Shown: positions 18,663 through 27,976 of the stretch, piece by piece
Layout: every line of letters begins with the position of its first letter
How positions within the stretch are numbered: position 1 is the stretch's first letter
Assembly: GCA_963712115.1 (NCBI GenBank)
Contig: CAVQGX010000037.1
Span: 1-64,000, forward strand
Direction of reading: 5' to 3'
Source: an uncultured delta proteobacterium
GTDB lineage: Bacteria > Desulfobacterota > Syntrophobacteria > BM002
Length of the DNA: 64,000 nt
The notes under the pieces: generated by a model
What the model saw: the letters and a program-made list of their open reading frames with translations, nothing else
Databases searched by the model: none
What the model was told of the DNA's origin: nothing
Made by a program: the position numbers and the translations under genes

Positions 18663-20339
18663 TTAAGCTTGACTGGCAAACCATTCAGGGACATACTCCA
18701 CTACTGCCCTGACGATCTCCTTGTCGTACTCGCTCAAAGCCCCCCTGGCTATCAGAGCCTCCACTGTTTTCTCGAGCACAACCATCTTGCCATCGGTGTG
18801 AATTATAGCCGGGTAATACTCATTGACAAAGAACTGTTTGAGTCTGAAGCGCATGATCGGGTCATCGGCCATGGCCTTGACCTGTTTTTCAATTTCAGAC
18901 TTGTCACGGCCCCGTAACCTCGCCTTAGGCGATTGCATCTTCTTGGCTGCATCCTTGATACCGTCAACGGCTTTAAAAATGAGTTGCCAATGCTCAATGT
19001 TACCCAGTGAGTTAACCATCAGGCTATTGGTGGAAATTAAATTCTTCTTGCGGTCGATTTTGGCTCCTTCAAGGGGAGGGAAGAAGTAGTTGTCAGAGAT
19101 GGCACAGAAAGCGCTGACTCCACCAGCAAAGGGCCGGTCCATTAAATCGTACACCGTAAAAAACGGCTTTTGTTCGAAACGGGCGTCCTGAAGGAGTATA
19201 AGCTCTTCCTCGGTGTAATGGAAACGCTCGTCCCAGAGTTCTTGCGGGGAAAGATCCTTTCGAGTCAACGAGCTCTGGCTGGTGAGCATGCCCAGGCTCT
19301 GGCCCCCTCTCCAGACCAAGGGTAAGGCCCCAACCGTCCACTCGGCACTTCCGCCAATCTCTCCAATCATACTGTGGAAACCTCGGCCATCTGCTAACCG
19401 CAGCCCATCAAGTCCCATGACCACAGCCGGGAAGAGGTCCCCGTCCTTGTCAAATGGCGTGGCCACACCCATGGAATTTAGTTCGTCCATTGCTGGGTGA
19501 TGACGGGGTCGGTCAAGGAAGTAAGCACTCATCTGGGATAGGTCTTTTACGCCGCAGGCGTCGGCGATTATTTGAGTTTCCTCAAGTAAGTCGGTGTCCC
19601 TGGGGTTGAATTCCGGAAACATTGAACCGGCCATCCAACGTTCTATGTAGATATCGGGCAAGTGCCTTTTGAAATCGGACTCGGTGATAAAAAGCGCAGT
19701 GAGTGAACTGTGAAGACCCTTGACCGACTTGCCCGTACCGTCGATGACGTCGGAGCCCATAGACAGCCGGGTGACTTCCTTGCTCAGTCCGCGGCCGTAG
19801 CGGCTGCAATGCTCTTCTTTACCGTAAAGCGCACCAACCGGGATGGTGGGATTCCCACCCGCCTCCAATCCGGGCTTAGCCCTTACCCCCTCGGTTATGG
19901 CGCTCTCGATAATCACTTCTTCTCCTACTTCGAAGGTTTCCGTGGTAATTTGCAGCACCTCACCCATAATTTGAGCCGCAACTCGGTCATTATGCCTTTT
20001 TAGCTGGTTTATCAAGGATTTAGATTGCTGCTCCTTGGGCACGTTTGCCAGGGCGGCGAAGCCTTCGAGAACAACAGCGGCTGCGGGGAGGGCTGCTGCC
20101 AGGATGACTCCCTGACGGAGCTGCTTGCTTCTGAATACACCGAGATTGGAACGTCCGTTCACCCGGTCTTCGATGATAAAAACCGTACCCTTGGCTAATT
20201 CGAGGCCGTAAAATTCCAATACTTCCTTATGTCTGAGATTGAAAGTGGAGATCTTCTCCTTACTCATCACCCTGGGCTCGTATCGCCCATTATAGGTCAA
20301 GCGCGACTCGGCTATATCGTAACGTAAGGGAATGGCCAT
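18663..20339 (-). CDS. Extended GlpX-like (class II fructose-1,6-bisphosphatase) homologue
   Basis: AITEG, DVIDGT, DIYIER, DRPRH, DGD, IGGSAE parallel GlpX motifs; GGAGG before ATG 20339. Confidence 0.7.
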   Translation of the reverse strand: MAIPLRYDIAESRLTYNGRYEPRVMSKEKISTFNLRHKEVLEFYGLELAKGTVFIIEDRVNGRSNLGVFRSKQLRQGVILAAALPAAAVVLEGFAALANVPKEQQSKSLINQLKRHNDRVAAQIMGEVLQITTETFEVGEEVIIESAITEGVRAKPGLEAGGNPTIPVGALYGKEEHCSRYGRGLSKEVTRLSMGSDVIDGTGKSVKGLHSSLTALFITESDFKRHLPDIYIERWMAGSMFPEFNPRDTDLLEETQIIADACGVKDLSQMSAYFLDRPRHHPAMDELNSMGVATPFDKDGDLFPAVVMGLDGLRLADGRGFHSMIGEIGGSAEWTVGALPLVWRGGQSLGMLTSQSSLTRKDLSPQELWDERFHYTEEELILLQDARFEQKPFFTVYDLMDRPFAGGVSAFCAISDNYFFPPLEGAKIDRKKNLISTNSLMVNSLGNIEHWQLIFKAVDGIKDAAKKMQSPKARLRGRDKSEIEKQVKAMADDPIMRFRLKQFFVNEYYPAIIHTDGKMVVLEKTVEALIARGALSEYDKEIVRAVVEYVPEWFASQA

Positions 20340-20603
20340 GCTTACCACCTCCAGAGATTGTTTACTTGGAATGATCAGTCACTAGTGCCTAGGTGAAACG
20401 GCTGCCCGTAGTCTGTTTGGCCGGTTAACCGGTTAAGCCGGTTTTGCCGGTCTTCAGCTAATTCTTACTCTCCGATTGTTTTTCGCTTCTTGCTGTCAGC
20501 TTCCTCCTGCCAGCTGTCCTCCGTCCTCTCACTGCTACCTGCCTATTACAACAAATGACAGCGAAGCGTAGTGACCTAATGACGGCGAAGCCGAATGACG
20601 ACC

Positions 20604-21224
20604 TTAAGGCTGCGGTAGCGGCTCTTCGGTTTTTGTCTCACTGGGCTTTTCTTCTACTGGTCCTTCGTCCTTTTTTACCACCTCACTGGTTCCTGGCGCC
20701 GGTACGCCGGCAGCCTCGAGGTTTATGATTTTTGTCTCCTGCTCTTCAATTTGTTTGGTAAGCCCATTGATTTTTTGTTCTGTAGTATCCCGTTTTGCCT
20801 CGAGCCTGATACTATCTCCTTCAATCTTGAGTATTTTGGCCTTGAGGTCGGCAATCTTGTTTATGTTGTCTTCCTTTTCACCCAGGTTCGCCTTGTCTAC
20901 GACCTCCAGTTTGGCGAGGTCCAGCTTAACCTCGGCTGCATCTTGATACTTATCGGCTATATCCTCCTGGTAATCGACATGTTTCTTTCGCAGAGAGGCC
21001 AGTTCGCTCTTCATCTCAGCAAGCTTCAACTTCTCTTCGGCGACCTGCAGATTAAATGCGGCCTCATGCACCTCCGTCTGCTCCTCGGAAGGCACCTGGG
21101 CAAGTAGCTCGTCCGTGTTAGAAGTCCCGGATATTGAACTTGTGAGCTTGCGGGTAGTCTCACAACCTGTGAGCAGTGAGAAAGCAAGCAGGAAAACCAA
21201 GCTAATATAACTAAGACTTTTCAT
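20604..21224 (-). CDS. Coiled-coil lipoprotein
   Basis: Lipobox LTGC, long E/K/A-rich helix; GGAGAGG RBS. Confidence 0.8.
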   Translation of the reverse strand: MKSLSYISLVFLLAFSLLTGCETTRKLTSSISGTSNTDELLAQVPSEEQTEVHEAAFNLQVAEEKLKLAEMKSELASLRKKHVDYQEDIADKYQDAAEVKLDLAKLEVVDKANLGEKEDNINKIADLKAKILKIEGDSIRLEAKRDTTEQKINGLTKQIEEQETKIINLEAAGVPAPGTSEVVKKDEGPVEEKPSETKTEEPLPQP

Positions 21225-21319
21225 GACCTCTCCCTCCCTTGCAGTTTGATTATCCGTTTTACAACTTATTTTTGCGCCAAATGCTGTTTCCTCTGAACAA
21301 ACGGTTAGATACTTGGCAT

Positions 21320-21733
21320 TCACTCTTTAGAAGCTTCGTCTGGATCTATGATTAGAGTTTGAAAGGCTTCGAATGCCCTGGGGTCCATCTCTTTCGATTT
21401 TAGGTGTTCCAGGGCGGCCTTTGCTATGGCCCTGCGATCTTTTCCCGATATTCTTAGGAAACGGACACCCATACCTCGGGGGGTGATGTCGTCATCTGGG
21501 CCGTAGATGTTTGACCAGATAACTTCAGCCTTTACCTCGATGGCCTGCTCTGGAGCAGTGATGACCATGTCGAAGACGTCGTTTAGCCTAAGAGGTTTGG
21601 CGCATGAGACAAAAGCTCCGTCCGTGCCTAGGTCGAGGGTCACCCCCTCCATAGAGCCTTTTTCTGTTTTAACCGTTACTGGCCATTTAACTTTGACCCG
21701 TGGACCCCCGCGATCTCCTCCGCCAGTGACCAT
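21320..21733 (-). CDS. PilZ domain protein
   Basis: RGGPR, DLGTDG, VIWSNIYGPDDDITPRGMGVRF. Confidence 0.88.
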   Translation of the reverse strand: MVTGGGDRGGPRVKVKWPVTVKTEKGSMEGVTLDLGTDGAFVSCAKPLRLNDVFDMVITAPEQAIEVKAEVIWSNIYGPDDDITPRGMGVRFLRISGKDRRAIAKAALEHLKSKEMDPRAFEAFQTLIIDPDEASKE

Positions 21734-21982
21734 ATTTGTGCCTCCAGTTCTGGAAAACAATCAGCCCAGGGATTGAGCTAGAAAAGAACTATCCGGTTTT
21801 CGGTTCACTTTATTATACCGCCAGTACCAGGTTCGTTCATAGAAGGGTGCCAGCCTTGGTGGTTTTATGTGAGCAGCTCTTGTCGAAATTCTGGATGTCA
21901 CCCTAAGGAGAATAAACCACGGTTACAATATTCAAGTCAACGAAAAAGCTACACTCCATAAACAGTCAAAGGGTGCAAGGCT

Positions 21983-21998
21983 AGGCATGCCTTTTGCA
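21983..21998 (+). promoter_or_regulatory. sigma-54 promoter (OmpA-family gene)
   Basis: AGGCAT-GCCTT-TTGCA. Confidence 0.65.
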
Positions 21999-22070
21999 AT
22001 GAATCTCTCTGGTTGGGCAATCAGAAAAAAATCCACAGTCCAGAAGCTTCCGAGGTGAGGAGGAGAAGTC

Positions 22071-22619
22071 ATGAGATTGACACTCGTGGCCATAGGTGTT
22101 TTGAGCATGGTCTTACTTGGTTTAACGGGGTGTGCCAGCAAGGGTCCCGTGCAAACGGAAACCTTTGAGCAAGTAGCGGTAGAGGAGACGGCAGAAGAGA
22201 TAAGTGAGCCCTGCACAAACCTCGAAATGGCACTGGCAAGGGCGGAAGAGCTGACTCATGATAAGTATTACGGGGCAACCCAGTACGACGGGGCCATCCA
22301 GTTCGCTTTTGACAGCTACATGCTCTCGGCAGAAGCCAAAAAGGCTATAGATGCTGTAGTCGTACCCTTGGTGGAAGCTCACAAAAATTTCTATATCGAG
22401 TTGCAAGGGCACACGGACGGTTTCGGCGCAGAGGCTTACAATTTTCAACTCGGTTTGAACAGGGCCAGGGCGGTAATGGGCTACCTTTACCAAGAGCATG
22501 GCTTTTCTTTGCAGCGGATGAATGGGTTTTCTTGCGGCGAATTGAAACCCGTGGCGGACAATGACCTTGATGACGGCCGGGCGGAAAACCGCAGAGTTAC
22601 CCTGGTAGTGATAGAGTAA
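22071..22619 (+). CDS. OmpA-family peptidoglycan-binding lipoprotein
   Basis: Lipobox LTGC; FAFDS, GHTD, N..LG..RA, NRRV. Confidence 0.92.
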   Translation: MRLTLVAIGVLSMVLLGLTGCASKGPVQTETFEQVAVEETAEEISEPCTNLEMALARAEELTHDKYYGATQYDGAIQFAFDSYMLSAEAKKAIDAVVVPLVEAHKNFYIELQGHTDGFGAEAYNFQLGLNRARAVMGYLYQEHGFSLQRMNGFSCGELKPVADNDLDDGRAENRRVTLVVIE

Positions 22620-22736
22620 CGAGCCCAAAAAGGTAAGTGCATAGCGCATTGTGAGCAAGAAATGCGTGAAATGCGGCAAAGGCGAAAAAGGCAAACTTCT
22701 TTTCAGGTTTGATATTCTTTGTCCCATACTGTTTAT

Positions 22737-22767
22737 AAAAAAAGGAGCCAAGGGCTCCTTTTTTTTG
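22737..22767. terminator. Bidirectional intrinsic terminator
   Basis: A-tract, GGAGCC-AAG-GGCTCC stem, T-tract. Confidence 0.8.
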
Positions 22768-22936
22768 GGCCTTACACTTCTTCAAGGCTTCCCAATGGTG
22801 ATTTCACCCCTTCTAATTTTAGTGTAGAATCAAACCTTCTATTATGTAACAATTCAGCGGGCAGGATTAGTATTGCCAGGCGAATGGTAAGTCAAATACC
22901 CCTGTTCAAAATATGGGCCTGGAGAGGTAGATCATC

Positions 22937-24652
22937 ATGGGTTTCTTTAGGGCTTCGGCTGGATTTAAGGGTGTGAGGCGTCTTGGGAGTATAGCCAAGG
23001 TACTTATCAAGCACGGTCTCGGCGATGTGGTCGAGCGGATTGTGAGCCGCAAAGAAAAGGAAGTGGAACTAGGCAAGGTCAAGCCTACGGCTATTAAACC
23101 CGGAGTACTGTCGCCACGCCGCTTGAGGTTGATTCTGGAGGAGTTAGGGCCCAGCTTCATCAAGCTGGGTCAGTTGATGAGCACCCGGGCAGATATTTTC
23201 CCACCCGAATACATTGAGGAACTCAGGAAATTACAAGATCGAGTTCCTCCCATTCCCTATTCAGAGATCGAAAAGGTGATCGAGGAAGAACTCAAGCAAC
23301 CGGTGGCAGACATTTTCTCCGAATTCAACCGGGAACCTTTTGCCGCTGCTTCGGTGGCTCAGGTTCATCACGCTACCCTGCCCAGTGGTGAGAAAGTCGT
23401 GGTCAAGGTCATTCGTCCCGGCATCACCAAGAAGGTCAGGGAAGATATTCGTCTGATGTACTATCTGGCCGATAAGATAGAGAAGTCCTTTGATGTGGGC
23501 CGGATATTGGCGCCCACGAACTTGGTGCGGGAGTTCGAGCGGACTATTTTCAAGGAAATTGACATGCTCATCGAGGCTGGCAGCATTGAGAAGTTCGCCC
23601 ACAACTTCCGGGAGGTTGATGAGCTATACATTCCCAAGGTCTACTGGGATTACATTACCAAATCCATCCTGGTGATGGAACGGATCGATGGCATCAAGAT
23701 GGATCATGTCGATGAACTCAAGGCCCACGGCATAGATCCAAAAGAGGTGGCAAGAATAGGTCTGCGCTCCTTTTCAAGGCAGTTGATGGAATTCGGCTTC
23801 TTCCATGCAGACCCTCACCCTGGCAATACCATTGTGATGTACGATGGCCGCGTGAGCCTGGTTGACTTCGGTATTACAGGCTATCTGGACGAAGAGACCA
23901 TGCGGCAAATAGCAAACATTTTTCTGGGCTATGCCGAGCACGACTACGACATGTTGATGGATGCGTTCTTGGAAGCGGGCATAATCCATGAAGAAACAAT
24001 AGATCTGGATAGCTTCAGGATTGATCTGAAAGATGCAAGTGAAGCCTTCTACGGCCGTTCGTTGCAGTCTATATCTGTGAAAGATGTCTACGACCAGATT
24101 ATTTATCTGGCTCTTAAATATCACCTCCAGTTACCCAGGAACCTTTTGCTGCTTTTGAAGACTTTTGTTCAGACTGAGGCACTCGGGAAGATTCTGGAGA
24201 GCGACGCAAGTCTCCTGGAGTTCACCAAACCCTACGCCAAGAAGCTACTCGAGCGCGGCTATGACGCAAAAAAGATCTTCAAGAATATCGGCAGGGATAC
24301 CCGCTATGTGGGCAAATACGCCAAGGTTATGCCCAAGTTTGTCCACGATATACTCAAACAGGTGGCCAAAGGCAAACAAAGAGTTGAGATCTGGCACGAA
24401 GGTTTTCAGCAGCTTGATATAAAATTTGAAAAAGGTCTCAATCGACTAACAGTCGGCCTGGTGATCTCTGCTTCCATCATTGCTGCTGCCATGGTGCTCA
24501 ATTCGGCTCAGAAAGTCCTTGTTTTTAATGTGGAATTCCTTGGCCTGGGACCAGTTTCTCTCACTACCATTCTGGGTGTAGTTGGCTATGTAATTGCCAC
24601 CGTTTTGGGGGTTTGGCTGATCGTCTCAATTTACCGCTCGGGAAAATTGTGA
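22937..24652 (+). CDS. ABC1/UbiB (AarF) family atypical kinase
   Basis: LGPSFIKLGQ, AAASVAQVH, FFHADPHPGN, VDFG; C-terminal TM helices. Confidence 0.93.
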   Translation: MGFFRASAGFKGVRRLGSIAKVLIKHGLGDVVERIVSRKEKEVELGKVKPTAIKPGVLSPRRLRLILEELGPSFIKLGQLMSTRADIFPPEYIEELRKLQDRVPPIPYSEIEKVIEEELKQPVADIFSEFNREPFAAASVAQVHHATLPSGEKVVVKVIRPGITKKVREDIRLMYYLADKIEKSFDVGRILAPTNLVREFERTIFKEIDMLIEAGSIEKFAHNFREVDELYIPKVYWDYITKSILVMERIDGIKMDHVDELKAHGIDPKEVARIGLRSFSRQLMEFGFFHADPHPGNTIVMYDGRVSLVDFGITGYLDEETMRQIANIFLGYAEHDYDMLMDAFLEAGIIHEETIDLDSFRIDLKDASEAFYGRSLQSISVKDVYDQIIYLALKYHLQLPRNLLLLLKTFVQTEALGKILESDASLLEFTKPYAKKLLERGYDAKKIFKNIGRDTRYVGKYAKVMPKFVHDILKQVAKGKQRVEIWHEGFQQLDIKFEKGLNRLTVGLVISASIIAAAMVLNSAQKVLVFNVEFLGLGPVSLTTILGVVGYVIATVLGVWLIVSIYRSGKL

Positions 24653-24830
24653 AGCAATAGGCAGTATGCGAGACAGGCTAGACAGGCGAGAAAGGCAATC
24701 TGTCCTCTGATCTCCGACTTCCGACCTCTCACTTTACCTCTTACAATAAATGACAGCGTAGCGCAGTGACCCAATGACGGCGAAGCCAAGTGACAGCGTA
24801 GCGCTAGCTGCCAGCTCCCTTGCTGTCCGC

Positions 24831-25481
24831 CTAGGGCAGCAAGGGTTCTAACGGGCACCCCTGACAGCGGGTCTTGCGCTGGCAGTGGAGCTTTCCCACT
24901 CTCACCAACAGGGCGTGGTATTGGTTGAACAGTTTCACTTCTAATGGCAGGTGCTGGGTGAACAACTCCTGCAGTTCATCATAGCTAACCTCTTCACCAA
25001 CAAGGCCGTGGCGGCTCATAACCCGGTAAGTATAGGTATCTACGACGAAGACCGGTTTCTGTAAGGCATAAAGCAGGATACTGTCGGCCGTTTCCGGACC
25101 TACGCCGTTGACGGCCAAAAGCTCCTTTCGCAACCTGCCCGTCTCTGTCTGCTTCATAGATTCAAGATCACCGGAGTAAGCCTCGGTAACAAATTCAATC
25201 AAATTCTTCAGCCGACGGGCTTTTAGGTTGTAATAGCCGGCCGGTTTAATTAGCCGTGCCAAGTCCGCAGTGGGCATGGCCTGGAGCTTGTGCGGATTGA
25301 GCAGATTATGCCGCTTCAAGCTGGCCATGGCCTTCTCAACTCCCTGCCAATTCGTATTTTGGGTAAGCACGGCTCCAACCAGCACCTCCAGGGGGCTTTC
25401 TGCCGGCCACCAGTGCTGCGGGCCGTAAGCCTCAAGCAAAAGCTGGTAGATCTCGTTGAGTCTGTCAGAAAGGGTGTTCAT
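24831..25481 (-). CDS. HhH-GPD (endonuclease III-related) DNA repair protein
   Basis: WWPA, LTQNTNW, GVGPETAD, VVDTY, C-terminal Cys cluster. Confidence 0.9.
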   Translation of the reverse strand: MNTLSDRLNEIYQLLLEAYGPQHWWPAESPLEVLVGAVLTQNTNWQGVEKAMASLKRHNLLNPHKLQAMPTADLARLIKPAGYYNLKARRLKNLIEFVTEAYSGDLESMKQTETGRLRKELLAVNGVGPETADSILLYALQKPVFVVDTYTYRVMSRHGLVGEEVSYDELQELFTQHLPLEVKLFNQYHALLVRVGKLHCQRKTRCQGCPLEPLLP

Positions 25482-25627
25482 TCGAATATCCGAAAGCCGT
25501 TTTTCTGGGCCAGGTCAAAGTTCAATGGCATTGCCAGGAACTACCGGGACAAGTAGCCAGAATCCAGTAGGCAAAAAGCAAAGAGCAAGGGGCATAAGAC
25601 ACAATTCGAATTTCGCAATCCCCAGTC

Positions 25628-25670
25628 CTAAATGCCTAAAATGTCTAAAGTGTCTAAAATGCCTAAAGTT
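25628..25670. repeat. 9-bp tandem repeat (YCTAAARTG)
   Basis: CTAAATGCCTAAAATGTCTAAAGTGTCTAAAATGCCTAAAGT, followed by AATC(C/T)(G/A)C heptamer repeats. Confidence 0.8.
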
Positions 25671-25847
25671 ATTTCTCGCCCTGTGGTCTGCGCCTCTCTT
25701 CAATCCGCAATCCGCACTCTACAATTTACAATCTACAATCTGCAATCTAAAATCTGCAATCCCCAATCCCCCTGCCGGGCAATAGATGAGTGAGACTCTC
25801 CTCTTTGAGGCTGCGGCTTACCTGTCTCTATTTGGCCAAAAAGCTTA

Positions 25848-25877
25848 TTGACACTCGCCCTTTCTCTTTGCTAGTGT
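25848..25877 (+). promoter_or_regulatory. sigma-70-type promoter before the riboswitch
   Basis: TTGACA-N18-TAGTGT with TG extension. Confidence 0.55.
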
Positions 25878-25887
25878 TCAGAACACC

Positions 25888-25941
25888 GGCAATGGAGTCT
25901 GCCGTAAACCGCCTGCCTATTTAGGGGCTGATGACTCCTAC
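25888..25941 (+). ncRNA. Fluoride riboswitch (crcB motif)
   Basis: GGCAATGGAGTCTGCC-GTAAACCGCC...GGCTGATGACTCCTAC matches the fluoride aptamer pattern, including the GGAGTC/GACTCC pseudoknot pairing. Confidence 0.93.
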
Positions 25942-26062
25942 TTCAAAACCGTTTGGGGTAGGAGTCAGCACAAAGCCTACCCCACCGTACATTCCAATTG
26001 GGTTTTTTATTTTGGGCCCTGCGAAGATGCAGCCTTGCAGGAACCTGTCCCAGGAGAGGATC

Positions 26063-27841
26063 ATGCTTGACCACTACAAACAGATCAGCCAGAAGCTCAT
26101 GAGCTGCATCGGGAAATTGGCTGCGATCTCCATCAGGCGGGGTGACGATAAAGTCGAGAAGAACCTCCGAGAGATCGGGGAAAAACTGGACGGAAACCGC
26201 TTCCACCTGGTCGTGCTGGGCCAATTCAAGAGAGGAAAATCCACTTTCATCAACAGCCTTTTGGGGGATAAGGTGCTGCCCACTTCCGTGGTCCCCCTTA
26301 CTTCCATCGTCACTCTCCTTAAGTATGGTGAAGAGGAGGAGGTTGAAGTTCTGTTCAACGACGGTAACAAAACCACCATCTCCCGGAATCAACTGGAAGA
26401 ATATGTTACGGAGAGGGGCAACCCTTCTAATCAGAAGAACGTCAAACATGTTGAGGCATCTTACCCCTCCGGCTATCTCAAGGACGGTGTGTTCATCATC
26501 GACACTCCCGGGGTGGGCTCTACTTTCGAGAACAATACCGAGATGACCTATAATTACCTGCCGAGAGTAGACGCTGCCCTCTTTCTGTTGGCGGTGGACC
26601 CGCCCATCAGTCAGTCTGAAATAGCATTTCTTGCCGACGTTAAAGACTATGTTGAGAAGATCTTTTTTGTCCAGAATAAGATTGACTACATGAACGAAGA
26701 AGAGCGGAAGGAATCCATGGCCTTCTCCAAGGAGGTAATCGAAAAGGCACTCGGTTCCGACAGCATCACCATTTATCCAATTTCCGCCAAGCTCGCCCTG
26801 CAGGCAAAACAGTCAAAGAACAAGAAACTTTTAAGAAAGAGCCGGCTGCCTGAGTTTGACAAGGTACTGGGCGATTTTCTCCTTAAGGAAAAGGGGAAAA
26901 CCGTTCTGCGTTCGGCTCTCAACAGTACCAGGAAACTTCTCTCTGATGAGGAGTTTGCCATCCAGTTGGAACTTCGAGCCATTGCCACACCCCTGGAGGC
27001 TCTTGAGCAAAAGATTCACCTTTTCCAGGAAAAAATGGAAGTGGTCAGGCAGGACCGTGAGGACAATGTTTACTATTTCCAAGGCGAGATCAAGCGCCTC
27101 ATTGACATACTGGATCGCGACCTGGACAGACTCAAAAAAAGTGAGATACCAAGATTGATGAAAGAACTGGAGGCGATTGGCGAAAAGTACCAGCACAAGA
27201 GCGTCTCCCAGTTCGTCAAGCTTATGGAGGCAGCGCTAAACGAGGGTGTCGTTCGCACCTTTGATGACTGGATCGTCAAAGAGGAAGAGCGGCTGAATCA
27301 GGAGTATGCTCGCATTTCCAGTCGCTTTTCCAATCGGACCAATGAGATCATCGACGCTATTGTCACTGCCTCCATGGAGCTTTTTGATCTGAAGCTGGAT
27401 AGATTTGCCGCAGAAGAGACTATCAACAGGGACAGTCAGCTTTATTACATGGTGGGTGACCCGCCAAGATTTTTTGACTTGGAGGGGGCGTTTGATTTTT
27501 TTTCCCAGAAGATTTTACCTAGAAACTTTTCTCAATCCATGGTGCTCAGAGACCTGCAAAAGAAAATTCCCGAAAAGATCGACAAGAACAGCGGCAGGGT
27601 CCGTTGGGATTTCATGGACCGGATCAACAAGAGCTTCCTGAAGTTTCGCTGGGAGCTGAATTTGACCATTGATGCCACCAAAGAAGGGATCGAGAAGGCC
27701 ATCGACAAGGCAATGGAGCTGAAGAAAGCAAGCGCGGCCGAGGTTGAAAAGGCCACGAAGCTGATCAGCGGACAATACGAAGAACTCAAATTGGTTAAGG
27801 TGGATCTTCAAGCCCTGGAAGATGCCATACAAGCCTTGTAG
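26063..27841 (+). CDS. Bacterial dynamin-like GTPase
   Basis: G1 GQFKRGKST, VVPLT, G3 DTPG, G4 NKID, long helical C-terminal stalk; AGGAGAGG RBS before ATG 26063. Confidence 0.9.
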   Translation: MLDHYKQISQKLMSCIGKLAAISIRRGDDKVEKNLREIGEKLDGNRFHLVVLGQFKRGKSTFINSLLGDKVLPTSVVPLTSIVTLLKYGEEEEVEVLFNDGNKTTISRNQLEEYVTERGNPSNQKNVKHVEASYPSGYLKDGVFIIDTPGVGSTFENNTEMTYNYLPRVDAALFLLAVDPPISQSEIAFLADVKDYVEKIFFVQNKIDYMNEEERKESMAFSKEVIEKALGSDSITIYPISAKLALQAKQSKNKKLLRKSRLPEFDKVLGDFLLKEKGKTVLRSALNSTRKLLSDEEFAIQLELRAIATPLEALEQKIHLFQEKMEVVRQDREDNVYYFQGEIKRLIDILDRDLDRLKKSEIPRLMKELEAIGEKYQHKSVSQFVKLMEAALNEGVVRTFDDWIVKEEERLNQEYARISSRFSNRTNEIIDAIVTASMELFDLKLDRFAAEETINRDSQLYYMVGDPPRFFDLEGAFDFFSQKILPRNFSQSMVLRDLQKKIPEKIDKNSGRVRWDFMDRINKSFLKFRWELNLTIDATKEGIEKAIDKAMELKKASAAEVEKATKLISGQYEELKLVKVDLQALEDAIQAL

Positions 27842-27976
27842 CCGGCCAGGCAGATTGGTCAACCCTGCTGCAACACAAGTTGGTAAAAACATGCCTTCGT
27901 GGTAAGGTAAGCGCGATTCCGCCCCCATGCTCCCCATAATTGATTTGTTGATTTTCTCATTTTTCGGAGGACAGTC

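Noticed and set aside
21835-21852. sigma-54 promoter for the 21320 PilZ gene
   Set aside because: TGGCAC present but no GC at the -12 position; a TATAAT lies nearby
25931-26062. N-terminal extension of the dynamin ORF
   Set aside because: Overlaps the riboswitch and its platform; the strong RBS is at ATG 26063
27842-27976. Second riboswitch before the antiporter
   Set aside because: No match to the fluoride or cation riboswitch patterns I know
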